A stretch of 63,200 nt of DNA, filler included, from Choristocarpus tenellus KU-1152 (Eukaryota > Protista > Phaeophyceae), in the NCBI GenBank assembly GCA_964200185.2. It is 9 parts of 9 records of this genome, joined end to end, with 100 filler letters (N's around TTAATTAATTAA, not from the genome) between each part and the next. Parts side by side here need not be neighbours in the genome. Positions count along the whole stretch, not along the records: positions 9,704 to 15,906 come from CAXNAD020008691.1; positions 16,007 to 27,199 come from CAXNAD020002459.1; 7 more parts are not named here. One strand, written 5' to 3'. The position numbers and the translations under genes were made by a program. Below, piece by piece: positions 12,701-24,900 of the stretch; position 1 is the stretch's first letter, and the number at the start of each line of letters is the position of its first letter. The notes under the pieces were generated by a model. The model worked only from the letters and a program-made list of their open reading frames with translations. It was not told the origin of the DNA and searched no databases.

Positions 12701-14626
12701 TCTACATATCTAGAAAGAGTATTAGGCAGTGAGTGAAAATATCTTAGGGGGTATGAGGTTTGCCCTGTTTGTCCATTTGGGGCTTGGCTTCCGATCGGTT
12801 CTTTTATGATATTTTCCTACTCCAAAATGTTTTGGAGTAGGTAAAATGTATACATTATGAAAAGGCATGTCCGGAACAAGGATATTGAAACTTCGTAACA
12901 AACACGATAGCCAAAATTACATCAAAATCGCAACATTGGATTTTGGCACCCAAATGGACACGAGCCTACCCTCTAAGATACTTTGGCTCAATGGCATCGC
13001 GTGGATGGGTCTCACGCACCTGAAGGCAAAGCCATTTAGGGATGGGGGATCCGTGATGAGAGGCCAAGGCGCAGCTAACTCAGTTAAACCCTGCTGTAGG
13101 GAATGGTGATTATAATGACAAAACAGTGAGAGGAGGTAGTATCCATTGAAAACATCAAACATTATGTCGGAGTCGTCGAGGCCAGGAGAAAACTTCACAC
13201 CATGCCGAGGTCAGAGGTGCCCCTCATCAACCTCGCTGCCTGTATTTATGAGTCCCACAAGTAGTTTTTGTCCCGAATCGAGTCAAAGTGTAACTGCCCC
13301 AACAGCATCAAATTTTTTGCTCTCAATTTTTAATAAAGCCACTTAAGGGATTGCAACTTTTTTATGGATGCTGTGAGTAACAAGTAGCAGGAGACTTGCA
13401 AGACTAAGTCGACAACATATCATCTAGTACCACGTAGATTGTGGGGAGCAACGCTGAGAAATGAAAAGTTGATACACAAAGTTAGCCAAGAGCTGTAAGG
13501 AAACGGGAGGAATTCATCACTCGCCTGTATGTATTTGAGACCTCGGTCTTCACAGAAGAGGCCTAGTGCCCCCTTCAGCCACTCCTGTGTCTGGCCCTCA
13601 CGGAAGAAGTCTAATTCTGACCGCGTGCGAACCACATCCTGGAGGCAGCAAGGAGAGTGTCCGGGAATGGTCGACCTTTCAGCCTCCTAGTCAATGGAAA
13701 CGCCAGACTGCTCTACAGAAAAGCAATATGACCTTTCTTTGACCCGCTGCCATCTTCATCACCTGGGAGATCGCGTGTTGCTGAGCGTTGGACAGGGCAG
13801 CCTTCTCAAGTAGACGGTCCTGAGAACGAGATCGAGGGTGATTGATCCCAGTTCGGAAGTTAGTGTTGCACCGTTAGCCATTAATGCAAGATCAATGGCC
13901 ACATTGATCGAGCCCACCATCCTTTCCATCCGATGAAACATAATAGGTGGAAACGTTTCACATGGGTTTATTTTGTCCTTCATTGAGTTAAATAGACGAA
14001 AATGACATTGTGAGAGTAGGCTGCAGCGCAATGCCTAGATAGGACACCTGTTTGTCCTCCTCTGCTTTATCAATTTCATCTGTTGATATCTCGCAACCTG
14101 AGACTGTGGACGATAGGTTGAAAAATAGGCTATTCCACGGTTCCACGCGCCTCCAAGGGTACTGTGCCATAATCTCGACCACCTCACTTCGTTTTGAAGT
14201 GTAAGGTAACTTAGCTAACTTGGACAATAGTATTGTTTTTCTATGTATTTCTCACCTATTCCAAGTTCCACTACTAAAAGTCGTCAATATCAAAACCAAA
14301 AAAAATATATACAATGAACATGTGTGTCAATGAAAGTAATACATACGTACTAAATTCCCCGAAAAATACCTTGATAATCTTTTTTTTCGTATGCAACTTC
14401 TAACATGAACTAGAATCCTCTCCATATCACAACCAGTTTTTTTTCTGTTTGGTTTTCTTTTTCACTGAAAATTTGAACATGAAAAAGAGACCTCGAAGTA
14501 TCACCATCACACCGCTCCACCACTACGTTCAACACTGGAAACCCAATACCGATAAAAGATTCTTGGAACACTGAATCTTGGCTTATCACGAGGATGCGGT
14601 CATCGGCATAGGCTTCGAACTGAATA
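9704..14626 (-). CDS. TBC1D23: TBC-domain RabGAP with rhodanese-like motif (TBC1D23-like), partial; exons 14626-14492, 14240-14048, 13819-13763, 13638-13525, 13090-13020, 12153-11986, 11424-11040, 10402-<9704
   Basis: Phase-consistent splicing yields the TBC motifs AISQ|DVVRTR, KYIQ|GLTELAAPW and LLWYHDPQLAEYL...PDVYAAPW|FVTVF...LLDLWE. These are followed by FMIIDCR, like the FFVVDCR start of the TBC1D23 rhodanese domain. There is a 10-N gap at 10214-10223. The symbol is assigned from architecture only. Confidence 0.8.
12731..12989. mobile_element. MITE family A (~259 bp), intronic in the TBC gene
   Basis: Ends GAGTGAAAATATCTTAGGGGGTA...TACCCTCTAAGATACTTTGGCTC; one of ten homologous copies in the window. 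Confidence 0.9.
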
Positions 14627-15579
14627 CTGCAGTGTGAGTGGGTATTCAGGAGACTGAACAACATGTGTTGTGGTTCAAAGATGACTGGTGCTCATTTGAA
14701 GTCGTACCAAGCCGTTCCCATCGCCTATGCGGCGAGGTCGGGGAAGGAATGTGAAAGCACAGTTTCACGGAATGCGATACATGCCTTGGTAACGCAAGCA
14801 TACATGGATGTGGCGGTCCCTGGATTCTTGAGGTTAGGAGAGGAAGCCCTGGACTTAACCCCCCCCCAACTCTTACGAAGGAAGTGTTGGTGCAGACAAC
14901 CTTGGGAACCGGGAAGAAGACCATTCCGAAGCCATTCCTAAGTGCGAACACTTCGATATGGTCCAGGTGGACTAAGGTGCAGAAGATTGTCACCAAAGTG
15001 TACACCCCCCTTTGGCTGACGAGAGTATGATGGTAGATGTTGCATGAGCTCCTGCTGTATTGCATTTCATTTTCGTAGGTTACACACCTGAAATCCATAA
15101 TCACAACGCTCAATGGGGAGTATCTTATCATACAAACATCGAACACCTTTCTTGCTTCCCAATCTTTTTCCCGAAGGAAAGTTGCGGTCTGGGGAGCAGG
15201 AGACGGACAGCCTGCAGCAACTGTGTGACTGGTTGTGGGAGGAACAGGAGAAAGCGAGGATTACTGGGAGTACCATCGACCTTGTTGGAGGGGGGGAGGA
15301 TGAAGGAGGATCTCCAGCGGCGGCTGAGGCTAGAGTGGTGGGATCTAAGTCAGTAGGTCCCACTTCCAGTCCTGCCAGCGACCACCCCAGAAAGGCCCAG
15401 CGACGAACTACCCTCTACTGGATCAGGGGGGAGACCTTTGCCCCAGGTTTCCCCTATTCCCCCCCCTCCAAAAAAGATGCCAGATGGTTGGGTCCCTCCA
15501 TATCTTGTCCTCTTTGTAGTATATGGACCTCTGTCCAATGATGTGCTCCAAGACTTTGATATGAGTGCGAGTGAGAGTC

Positions 15580-15858
15580 TGTCGAATAACCTAGTGTTAT
15601 CCTTACGTTTTCTGTGCTGATCCAAGTAAACAACATAGCTTATATGTACGTTGATCTTTAGTTTAGTACAATACAAGGTAGTACCGTACACATCGGTATG
15701 TTATGGTAAGTTAGTGGGATATTACAGATGGTATAGTGGGACAATAGCATCAAGTGGACAATACCTTGCGGATAATAAATAATTCAGTGTGTGCTTTACC
15801 ATGCAATTCAACTGCTAGCTTTCGGCGACGAGCCTTACGTGCACCAAGCTTCTTAACA
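15580..15858 (+). mobile_element. Copia 5' LTR; contig ends shortly after
   Basis: TGTCGAATAA...TTAACA, homologous to the LTR at 46192-46493. It is followed by the same CGCTTAAGC leader as the 5' LTR ending at 42957. Confidence 0.85.
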
Positions 15859-15906
15859 CGCTTAAGCGCCTAATACAAACTCTAGCTAGGGGAGGCGCAG
15901 CCGGAC

Positions 15907-16006
15907 NNNNNNNNNNNNNNNNNNNNNNNNNNNNNNNNNNNNNNNNNNNNTTAATTAATTAANNNNNNNNNNNNNNNNNNNNNNNNNNNNNNNNNNNNNN
16001 NNNNNN
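15907..16006. other. Artificial contig linker
   Basis: N44-TTAATTAATTAA-N44. Confidence 0.98.
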
Positions 16007-16770
16007 CCCCTCCCAGATACTTTGGGTCACTGAGGCTGAGAGAAGATGCATTGAAAGTATTACCACATAAATGCGGTTGGGTCTTCAACAGCGTCGGAGC
16101 ACGGCTCTGCAATCTCTGCCGCCTCGGGAAAGTAGGAAGAGAGCGGCCAGTCCGTCTCCAGGGGGTACTGTGACGAAGTCTGTGAGGAAGCCTGGTCACG
16201 GCAGGTAAAGGGAGAACCGTGGTGGCCGCCCAAAGGAAATATTGGGAAAGAGAGCAGTACGACTGCAGGCCATTGCGCTCAGGAATGCCTAAGCGAAAAC
16301 CCGGTTTTAGAATAACTTAGTAGTCGACAGTTGAGGCAGGCCCTGGCTGTTTGGAAGCTGTGCGAGCCGGAGTGACTTAAAGAAATGAGAAAGAAGGTGT
16401 TAGGGTTGGGGTACAAGGGCTCTGAAGCCCGAAAGAAGGTCGAAAGGGCTCACAAGTCGGAGGAAAAAGCGATCGTAACAAAGGCAGCCGTGGAGACTTC
16501 TTGATAGCACCAAATCCTTTACTTAGAAGAGATCGTGAAGCAGGTGGAGGTAGTCATCGACGTGGACGTCAGGGAAGAAGAGGAGGTGAGATTAAGACTA
16601 TTTGCACACCAATGGTTTAGTGTTCCCACTTCTTGCAAGATGCTGTGCATTTACTCTTGTTCCTGGACTTAGGGCTGGACGTATTAAGTTGATTAAGCCT
16701 TTCTCCCAGCCTGCATTCATTTGAGAAATCAACATAATTTCGATCAACTCAAGCCTGTCCTCCCTCGCCC

Positions 16771-17154
16771 TTGCGCCTTGATAATAAAATATCACCCGCC
16801 CGGGAAAAACGGACGACGCCCATTTCCGTTGCTCAACGAGGAAATGTGATAGGAAGGGCTCTAACACTGCGAATGATGTACCTGTGTATGAACGATGGGA
16901 AAGACCATCAAACGGAGCTCAAGATGGCAGCAGGATATGCGATGTTCAAGTCGGAAACTGTGAGTAAATGGCAGAGAGACTTCTTAACTAAGGGCCACGT
17001 CAAGGTGCCGGAGCAAGGGCGCGACGAGGGGCGTTTCGTTCTGGACGTCGACGAGGACATCCTTGCCAACGTCAAAGAGTCATTGCGCGAACACACAGGA
17101 AGAAATGGTTGGGAGGCTTTTTTCTCGTCTAAACCCTATACTTCAATCAAGTAA
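16771..17154 (+). pseudogene. Probable N-terminal (HTH) fragment of an IS630/Tc1-like transposase
   Basis: AAGYAMFKSETVSKWQRDFLTKGHV...GR...VLDVDEDILANVKESLRE resembles the 'TVxxWxxxFxxxG...GR...DEDI' pattern of such transposases. No catalytic domain is seen. Confidence 0.35.
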
Positions 17155-18954
17155 TAGTACATCTGTTGCCAATCTTGGTGACATACAATCCAGGGTTCGA
17201 ACCCCAACATGAGGCATTTTCTTCAACAAAAGAAAAAATGGCGAAAATAACCGAACGTTATCTGGAGGGCTTGTGATGGGCATCACGAATATGTCTTTAT
17301 GTTTTAAATCCGATGTCTACATCAAACGTTATGACGGGACAATCCCAGAGGGCGAGAGTATGGCATGCTTTGTACTGCTGGTCTCCAGCACCTTTGTACC
17401 TTATTTCGCTATATTTTGTTTAACTTTAGGCATGGCTTTTTGGGAACCCCCTCCACATCATGTAGTGGAAAAAAATGCGAGTTTGCTCGATACAAGAGAG
17501 AATTGACCCGAAAACGTAGAAACCTCACATATAGGCAGATAAGTCGTGGCAAGGCAATTTACCCTCTTCATATCCAGTTTTCTCTTATATCGACCTCTCT
17601 TATATAGGTGCTCCCACTATACATCAAAATATGATGCAATCAACCTGCTGTAACAGGTATCACCTTCTCCCTCACCCCATTAGTATCAGTAGTATTTTTT
17701 GTACCACTCTGGGTTAGGGTATCATATATTGTATATAATGAGACTACTGAATGTGGAGAAGTTTTCAAGGCACCATATGGTCGCAAATGGGAAATGATGT
17801 TTCTCCAAAAAAATATCAGTAGTGAAAACAACCTGTGGGTGGAATGGAGAGACTGTTTTGGATTTGGCTTCCTGAAGTATAGCGGATCTCTTGCTTCGGA
17901 ATGGATAATACTCCATCAACCTGGGTTGTACGAGACCAATAAAACCGATCTGTTCATTTCATCACAAACACTACTTTTCATAGCAGAGGATAGTTGAATA
18001 TATGTTATGTTCATTCAAAACTGTAGTCAAGTGCAAGCTCATTCAATAGTGATAAAACTCTAAAATGGGAATGTGTATTTAGTTCGAATTTTGTAGAAAT
18101 CTTGATATCAGCAAGCGGAAAGGAGCTTTCCTATTGCGAACAGGAGAAAAAATTTAAAAGTGATCAATTCCAATTTTTGTAGTGAGAGAAACCCCCTTGT
18201 ATTATAGGATTCATCATCATCCAGCACTGGAATACCAACCTGTCCTGATGTACTAAATGGCAAGAGATCATCTCTTCTCCATTTGCCAAACCTGCACCAA
18301 GAAATATTATAATTCTTTCCTTTTTTTATCTAGATCTACCTGCAACAACCTACCTGATGATGAGGTTCATTACTGGTACTCAAGTCTGCCCCCATACTAT
18401 CATCTCACAAGTGCATCGACTGACTGGCTATATATGTGTACTTTACGTAACTTAATACCTAGTATGTCCTTCGTACATATCTATCTGCCTTGATGTATCT
18501 ACGTTCAAGTGTCTCTCCACACATCAGATTTAAGGTATCGGTCCTACCTCTTCTCTCCCACCATATCACCTAAGGATGTCAGGAATACCATAGCAATACT
18601 GTGTGCTCTGTCATGCTAAACCACAAAACAGTGGTACAGAGCAAAAACCATGCCTCCCTGTGCACTATTATCTCATCGTGCTGCATGTTACGGTGTGATT
18701 ACACAAACAGTGATTTAACATGCCAACCACTGTTGTGAAATATTCGTTTTCCGACTACCTGGGAAGGAAGGACTACCTGGGTCACATTAGATCCATAATT
18801 CATCCCATTTCCTGCGGCCTCTTGCCCCACCACCTACATTTAGACCTAAGATCCAGCTAGTCAACATGTGTCCAACATCTTTGTTGAGTCCTGCACCAAT
18901 GTTGGGGGGAGGAGAGTCCCACCTTCACATGAACTAGCTCTACAACTGCTTATC

Positions 18955-21900
18955 TTAGAGCATCACCGCTGACAGGAACCAAGAGATGCCAGTGAGTGCA
19001 GTCACCACAATGGACAACCTGCCCATCCCGAATAGTCCGTTGTAACTCTCCAGCAGTCCACTCTGCAACGCAACACTGCTGCTCTTCTCGCATAACCCCT
19101 CTACATCCTCGCATCCCATGCTCGAACCCCCAACAGTGAACTCAATCCACTCTGCCTGCTCATCATTGGTACACCAGATGCGCAAATAGATGGTGCGATT
19201 GGCGAGCATGAGTTCCAGGTTGGGGGACCAGGTGCTCTGGATAGTGGCGGCCCAGAGCTCTCGTTTGTTTGAAGCAAAAAATACGTGATCCAGTTCGTAC
19301 TCATTGCCATCTGAACCAATCCACTGCACTCGTTCATAAGGCAAGCAGGCCCAATCAAAGAGAGAGTTGGGGATGGAGGACAGCAGGGAAGTGAGGCGAG
19401 GGCTTCACTTGTTAGATGATGGTGAGAGTTAGTATTCTTATGGAAACAAGAACGTACTTTGATTAATGTCAGGACTGGGGGAAAGTATCTCAGAGGGTAC
19501 GAGTTTTCCCATATTTGTCCATTTGCGGCTTGACTTCCCTCTGTTTTTTTATAACATTTTCCTACTCCAAATGTTTAGGAGTAGATAAAATGTGTATGAT
19601 ACTAAAAGGTGAGTCCAGAATAAGGATATCGACACTTCTTAACAAACACGATAGCCAAAATTAAATGAAAATCACAACATTGAATTTTGATCCCCGAATG
19701 GACGCAGCTCTACCCTCTCAGATACTTTGACTCGACTGTATGTACCACTCTAGTAAGAATATTATATGGTATATATTTTTACATTTTGAGGGTAAAGGAG
19801 GTTGCAGGGTGAACTCAAAGCATTATTGTCTGAGTGAGACATACAAGCTATCCTACTGGTGTAGGTAAGTCTTTTCAAGCATGGCATAGCCCTCAATTTT
19901 CAAATTTATCGTCATCTTGGCATGAATCATTTCCTGAGAGCCGTTTATCATTCTAAGTTACTTTTTTCATCTTTTTGCAACGCACCCTTGTTTCTATGGA
20001 TGAAACACCGTGGTGCTACACAATATCACTAAGCCCATTGCACTATTTCTGGCTTTAGATAGACCTCCAACTGTGCGTTGTGCGGAAATGAAGCATTCTA
20101 ATCGCGTGTGTTCAAGGACAGTGGTAGAAATATCTATAATTCAGAGTTCCACATATGTCAGGTGGGGTAGTGTCGTTCATGCCATCTCTTGGCCAACTCT
20201 CTCATTGCTCCTTCAGTCAGCCACCCTCCAAGCCATGCAAGTAGTTGTTGTCAGAGTGCCTTCCCATACACAATGGTGGTGATGGGCCCCACCCAATCTA
20301 GTGGTGAGTGGGTTGTGTCACGCCTTCACATTTCTCCTTCTCAGTCTCTTATGAGTGCTTGGTGCTCACTCCAGGTAGAGAGTGTGTGTGGCCTATTTTG
20401 TACTACACAAAGTATGGAGTACTGCATACTTCTCCAATTATTAGGTAGGCTAAGTATATACTGAGTACGTAGCTCTTTTCTCCTCTTGGTCCGACCAAGA
20501 TCCACAAGATGGAGGTTAAATATATCGCAAGGAAGTAATTAGAAAAGGTCTACCTTGGAGGGAAGTGGGGGTATATATTCCTGCCCTCGCTCTGGTACCA
20601 GGTAAAATTTCAATGCGTACTCTGAGTCAAAGTATCTGAGAGGGTAGAGCTGCATCCATTCGGGGATCAAAATTCAATGTTGTGATTTTCATTTAATTTT
20701 GGCTATTGTGTTTGTTAAGAAGTGTCGATATCCTTATTCTGGACTCACCTTTTAGTATCATACGCATTTTACCTACTCCGAAACATTTCGGGGTAGGAAA
20801 ATGTTATAAAAAAACACCGGGAAGTCAAGCCGCAAACGGTCAAATATGGCAAAACTCGTACCCTCTGAGATACTTTCACCCCTCTACAGATCCAAATCCA
20901 ATCGCACTGTCAAGAATAGGGGCTACAGTTCAAACCCAATCCACTAAGAACAGAGAGGCAAGAGAGGGGAGTACTGGCATACAGGGGGGACAGTGGCACA
21001 CGCCCAAAGATATGGTGAGTGTGAAACACCCTGCCTTGAGCACACCCACCGAACTCCGCCAGTACCCATCTTCTCCAAGGTACTGTGCTTGATCTCCATT
21101 GCAATATGTCTCGGTCTCCTCCCCTGTCTTCTCCACGATATCGTTGTCTACCACCACTTGGACATCTCCAGGTGAATCTGGCTGTGCGGCAGGCATGGTC
21201 ACAGATGGCAATGCTGGGTCCTCAAAGCGGTAGCCTGTCTCCTCAGTTGTGACATTCGGTGACCAGTTTTCGAACCTGCAAGTGGACATGTCGAGGTTGT
21301 GTCTATTAGGGTCAATATTTGAGCAGCTGGCTTCAGCAAAAACATAACACACGCTCAAAGGGAGGATAAGAGTGGAGATATTGTTGAGTTGAACTGGAGA
21401 TCTTGCTCCAACAATCCACTTAGACCTGGAGATCTGATCCAACAATCCACTTAGTTCGTAACCTTAAACCTTCCGAGGGTCATTTGTTGCTTCTGTAATA
21501 CAGTACTCAGACTTGGAGAGATTGCCTTTGCTAGAAGGTCAACCACTCATCCACAGACACATGGGCTACAATAGAGAGATGGGCTGTGACAATTTCTCGA
21601 CTTAGGGTATAGGGAACAATTAGTAGCCAAGGTACCAGATCCACCATGTCTATTAATCACCATGCCATCGGCTGTCCCAGAGACTGCAGTATTCAGCAGG
21701 CAAAGACATCATTAAAATTCCCATCCGTAATGACATCAAAGAAGAGCATCTCTTAGCATATTCACAGCTGGCATATACACTCCGGAGTACAAAGCTAATT
21801 CTACTGGTATGGAACTGGTTGGTTGGGTGAGGTGTTGCCTCTGTTGGAGATCACACAAGATGTTATTTTATCATGGTACTACACAAACCCCTGTAATTCA

Positions 21901-24900
21901 GTTGTTGCTTGCCACTCCTGCCCAAATCATATCATGGTCCATGCACCTATATTTGAACCCAGATTTGAGGACTATCAGTATTGCTATCATTGCTTCCCTC
22001 ATCTACATTATTACAACTGCCAAACCTGGGTTTGAAGACCACACAAGAAGATGTTTCCGGTCCTGAAGGGCAAGTAATGTTAACGCGAACGTGGCGTAAC
22101 TGCAGCTGGTCATAGAGGCTGGGTGCCATCCAGTTCTCAATCTCCTTAACCCACAGCTCCACATCTCCATTGATCGAACTTGTGTAGAACATGTCGAGGG
22201 GGTGGCTAGAACCATCAAGGGTGGTGAAGTCCCCTACCCAGACCCCATTCTTCTGGTCCCAATACTCAGCTACATCTCCATAACAGTCCACGGCACGGTC
22301 AGCCACTGACGCTGTGGTTAAGTTTTCTGCAGGTAGTGATTGTGAGATCAGAGCCATGCTGAGATTCATTGCAATGATTATTATGACGATAGAGTAGGAG
22401 TGATAGTAGCAAGACTGAGGAGGTAGGAGATTACTACTAGGCAAATATATATTCTACTCGACGCATAGAATGAGCTCAAAATGATGATACACAGGTATGT
22501 GTGTATAGGGTAAGGGCATGTGTTTTGGTTGTGAAAGCTGTCGTAAGTCATTGTGCAGTATCATGCCTCGACAGATGAGTACCAAATACAAAATAGCTGC
22601 TATAACAATAGTCCGTGGGGATTACAAGGTTCAAGGTTGAGGTGGAAACAAGGCTTAGAGTGACTACTGTATAATGGGGGGCAGTATGGGGTTGGATGGT
22701 GGTGAATGTTGACAGAGGCGCTGATGGGAGAGCATGGGAGGGGCAGGGGGTGGGTGAGAGAGAATAAGGGGATTTGAGTTCCGAAATGATGGGCGAAAGA
22801 GAGTTTAGGCAGGAATTGTAGGAGGTGAGGCAATTGCACACATTTCCCATTGGTCCCTCAATGACTGACCCTGTATCATTGAGGTCTACGGTGGAGGTTG
22901 TGGAGATGACAAAAATATAACTATTTTTCAAAGAGTGAAGGTATCTTAGAGGGTAGGAATTTTGACCTGTTTATCCATTTGGGGCTTGGCTTCCCACGGA
23001 TTCCTTATGACATTTTACCTACTCAGAAACGTTTCGGAGCAGGTAAAATGTATATGTTATGAAAGTTGTGTCTAGAACAAGGATGTTGACACTTCCTAAC
23101 AAACACGATAGCCAAAATTACAATAAAAATTCAACATTGTAATTTGGTCGCCAAACGGACGCGGCTCTACCCTCCAAGATACTTTGACTCAAACCTGGGT
23201 TTCGCTCATGTATGATGCATCTTTTGTTTACCATATCTTTCAGGGCTAGGGTTGGTACGTACAGTGTGGTGAGGTAAATTAGATAAGTCATGGTTGGACG
23301 GATGACAGATGGATTCCTGAAGCAAACTATTCCGAGATAAGGGGAATGAGCCAAAGTATCCTAGAGGGTACAGCCGCGTCCATTTGGGGGCCAAAGTTCA
23401 ATGTTGCAATTTTGATGTAATTTTGACTATTGTGTGTGTTAGGAAGTGTCAATGTCGATGTTCTGGATACACGTTCTAATAACATACACATTTTACACAC
23501 TCCGAAACATTTTGGAGTAGGAAAATGTCATTAAAAAACGCATGGGAAGTCAAGATCCAAATGGACTAACAGGGCAAAAATCGTACCCTCTCTCTTATTG
23601 CTTTCAGGAGCATTGATGCAAATCAATGCTCCTATCTCTCTTGTAATTCATGGCTCTGTTTTTTCTCAGTGCATTGAAGTATTCGATCAGGTTTGAAAAA
23701 TGCAACAAAACTTGTTTTCAGAGAAACATTTCAAAATATTTTGCGAATTTCATTGTTGCCTATTTTCTCCTACTAAATGATCACCTTTACCAAAAAAAAT
23801 CAAACCTATGCTTGTTATCTTTGGAACAATGGATCCTCCAAAACGTTATGCGCACACCAAATCTATTTTATTTTACACTGAATTAATTGACAAATGATAA
23901 ACAAGTGGTGAAGCTTAAGCATACGGGGGGCCTTACATATTTGAGTCATATACATTGCTCATTTTGATAGTACAAGTCAGATAGCCCAATTCAATGCAAC
24001 TATTGGCCTGGAATGCCAGTAAGTGCCAGACCACTAACCCTCTGCACAAAAATGTACAAATGCCTGGTGTTCCCACATGTATTCGGGGGTGGTTCTCGTT
24101 GCTGAAAGCCCATTGTTTGATTCTTCACCATTTGGTAGTAACGTATTGCTGGCATACATTTCCTAGTGCGCTCACATTGGTGAAGAGATTTTCCTTATCA
24201 CTGTTTGGCTCCTATTCTCCCTCACTCACCGTATCGTTCGCACAGGCCAACACGCCTACTGTATGTCCTCCGGCAACCTTCGTCATTTAATCCTGTTATT
24301 CGTATCTCAACACAATCCTCATCTCCCAAGTTGTTGGGCTCATTAGTTCTCCATGGTGGACGTTGGACGTCCACCCACTTGTCAGTAAAGTTTCCAGCAC
24401 CGTAGCCGTCCATGTCACCATCCTTGTTTGTGAATATATTCTCAGTTACCGCATCAGTGAGGTCGATCCAGAGAAAGTCCACGCTGGAATCGCTAATGAG
24501 ACCATCACATTCCTCGTTGTGTAGAATGTCTTCAATCAGGTCTAACTCATCGCTTGTCTCAATGTTGACCTTTGTGGGAAAATGATAAAGAGTCGCCTCC
24601 GTGAGTTGTTCAGTTACTGGTTTTGTAAACATTCAACTTAATGGTTTTTGACTGCTACTCTGCAAGAACTCGGCACATGTATCTTGGTTGGCTACTGGTC
24701 TCAGCTGCTCACTGCTATATTATATGAGTGCAGCATGGATCTGATGACTGTCTATGACGACAGATCAATCTCCTTCAGACTCACTACCATCACCTAAAGT
24801 TACACCATGAATCCATCTCTTCTCCATCAAGCATGTACTATCATCAACAGGAGAAACTTGAGGGTAATTATCACTCAGGGAGAGAATGGGAGCTGCTGTC

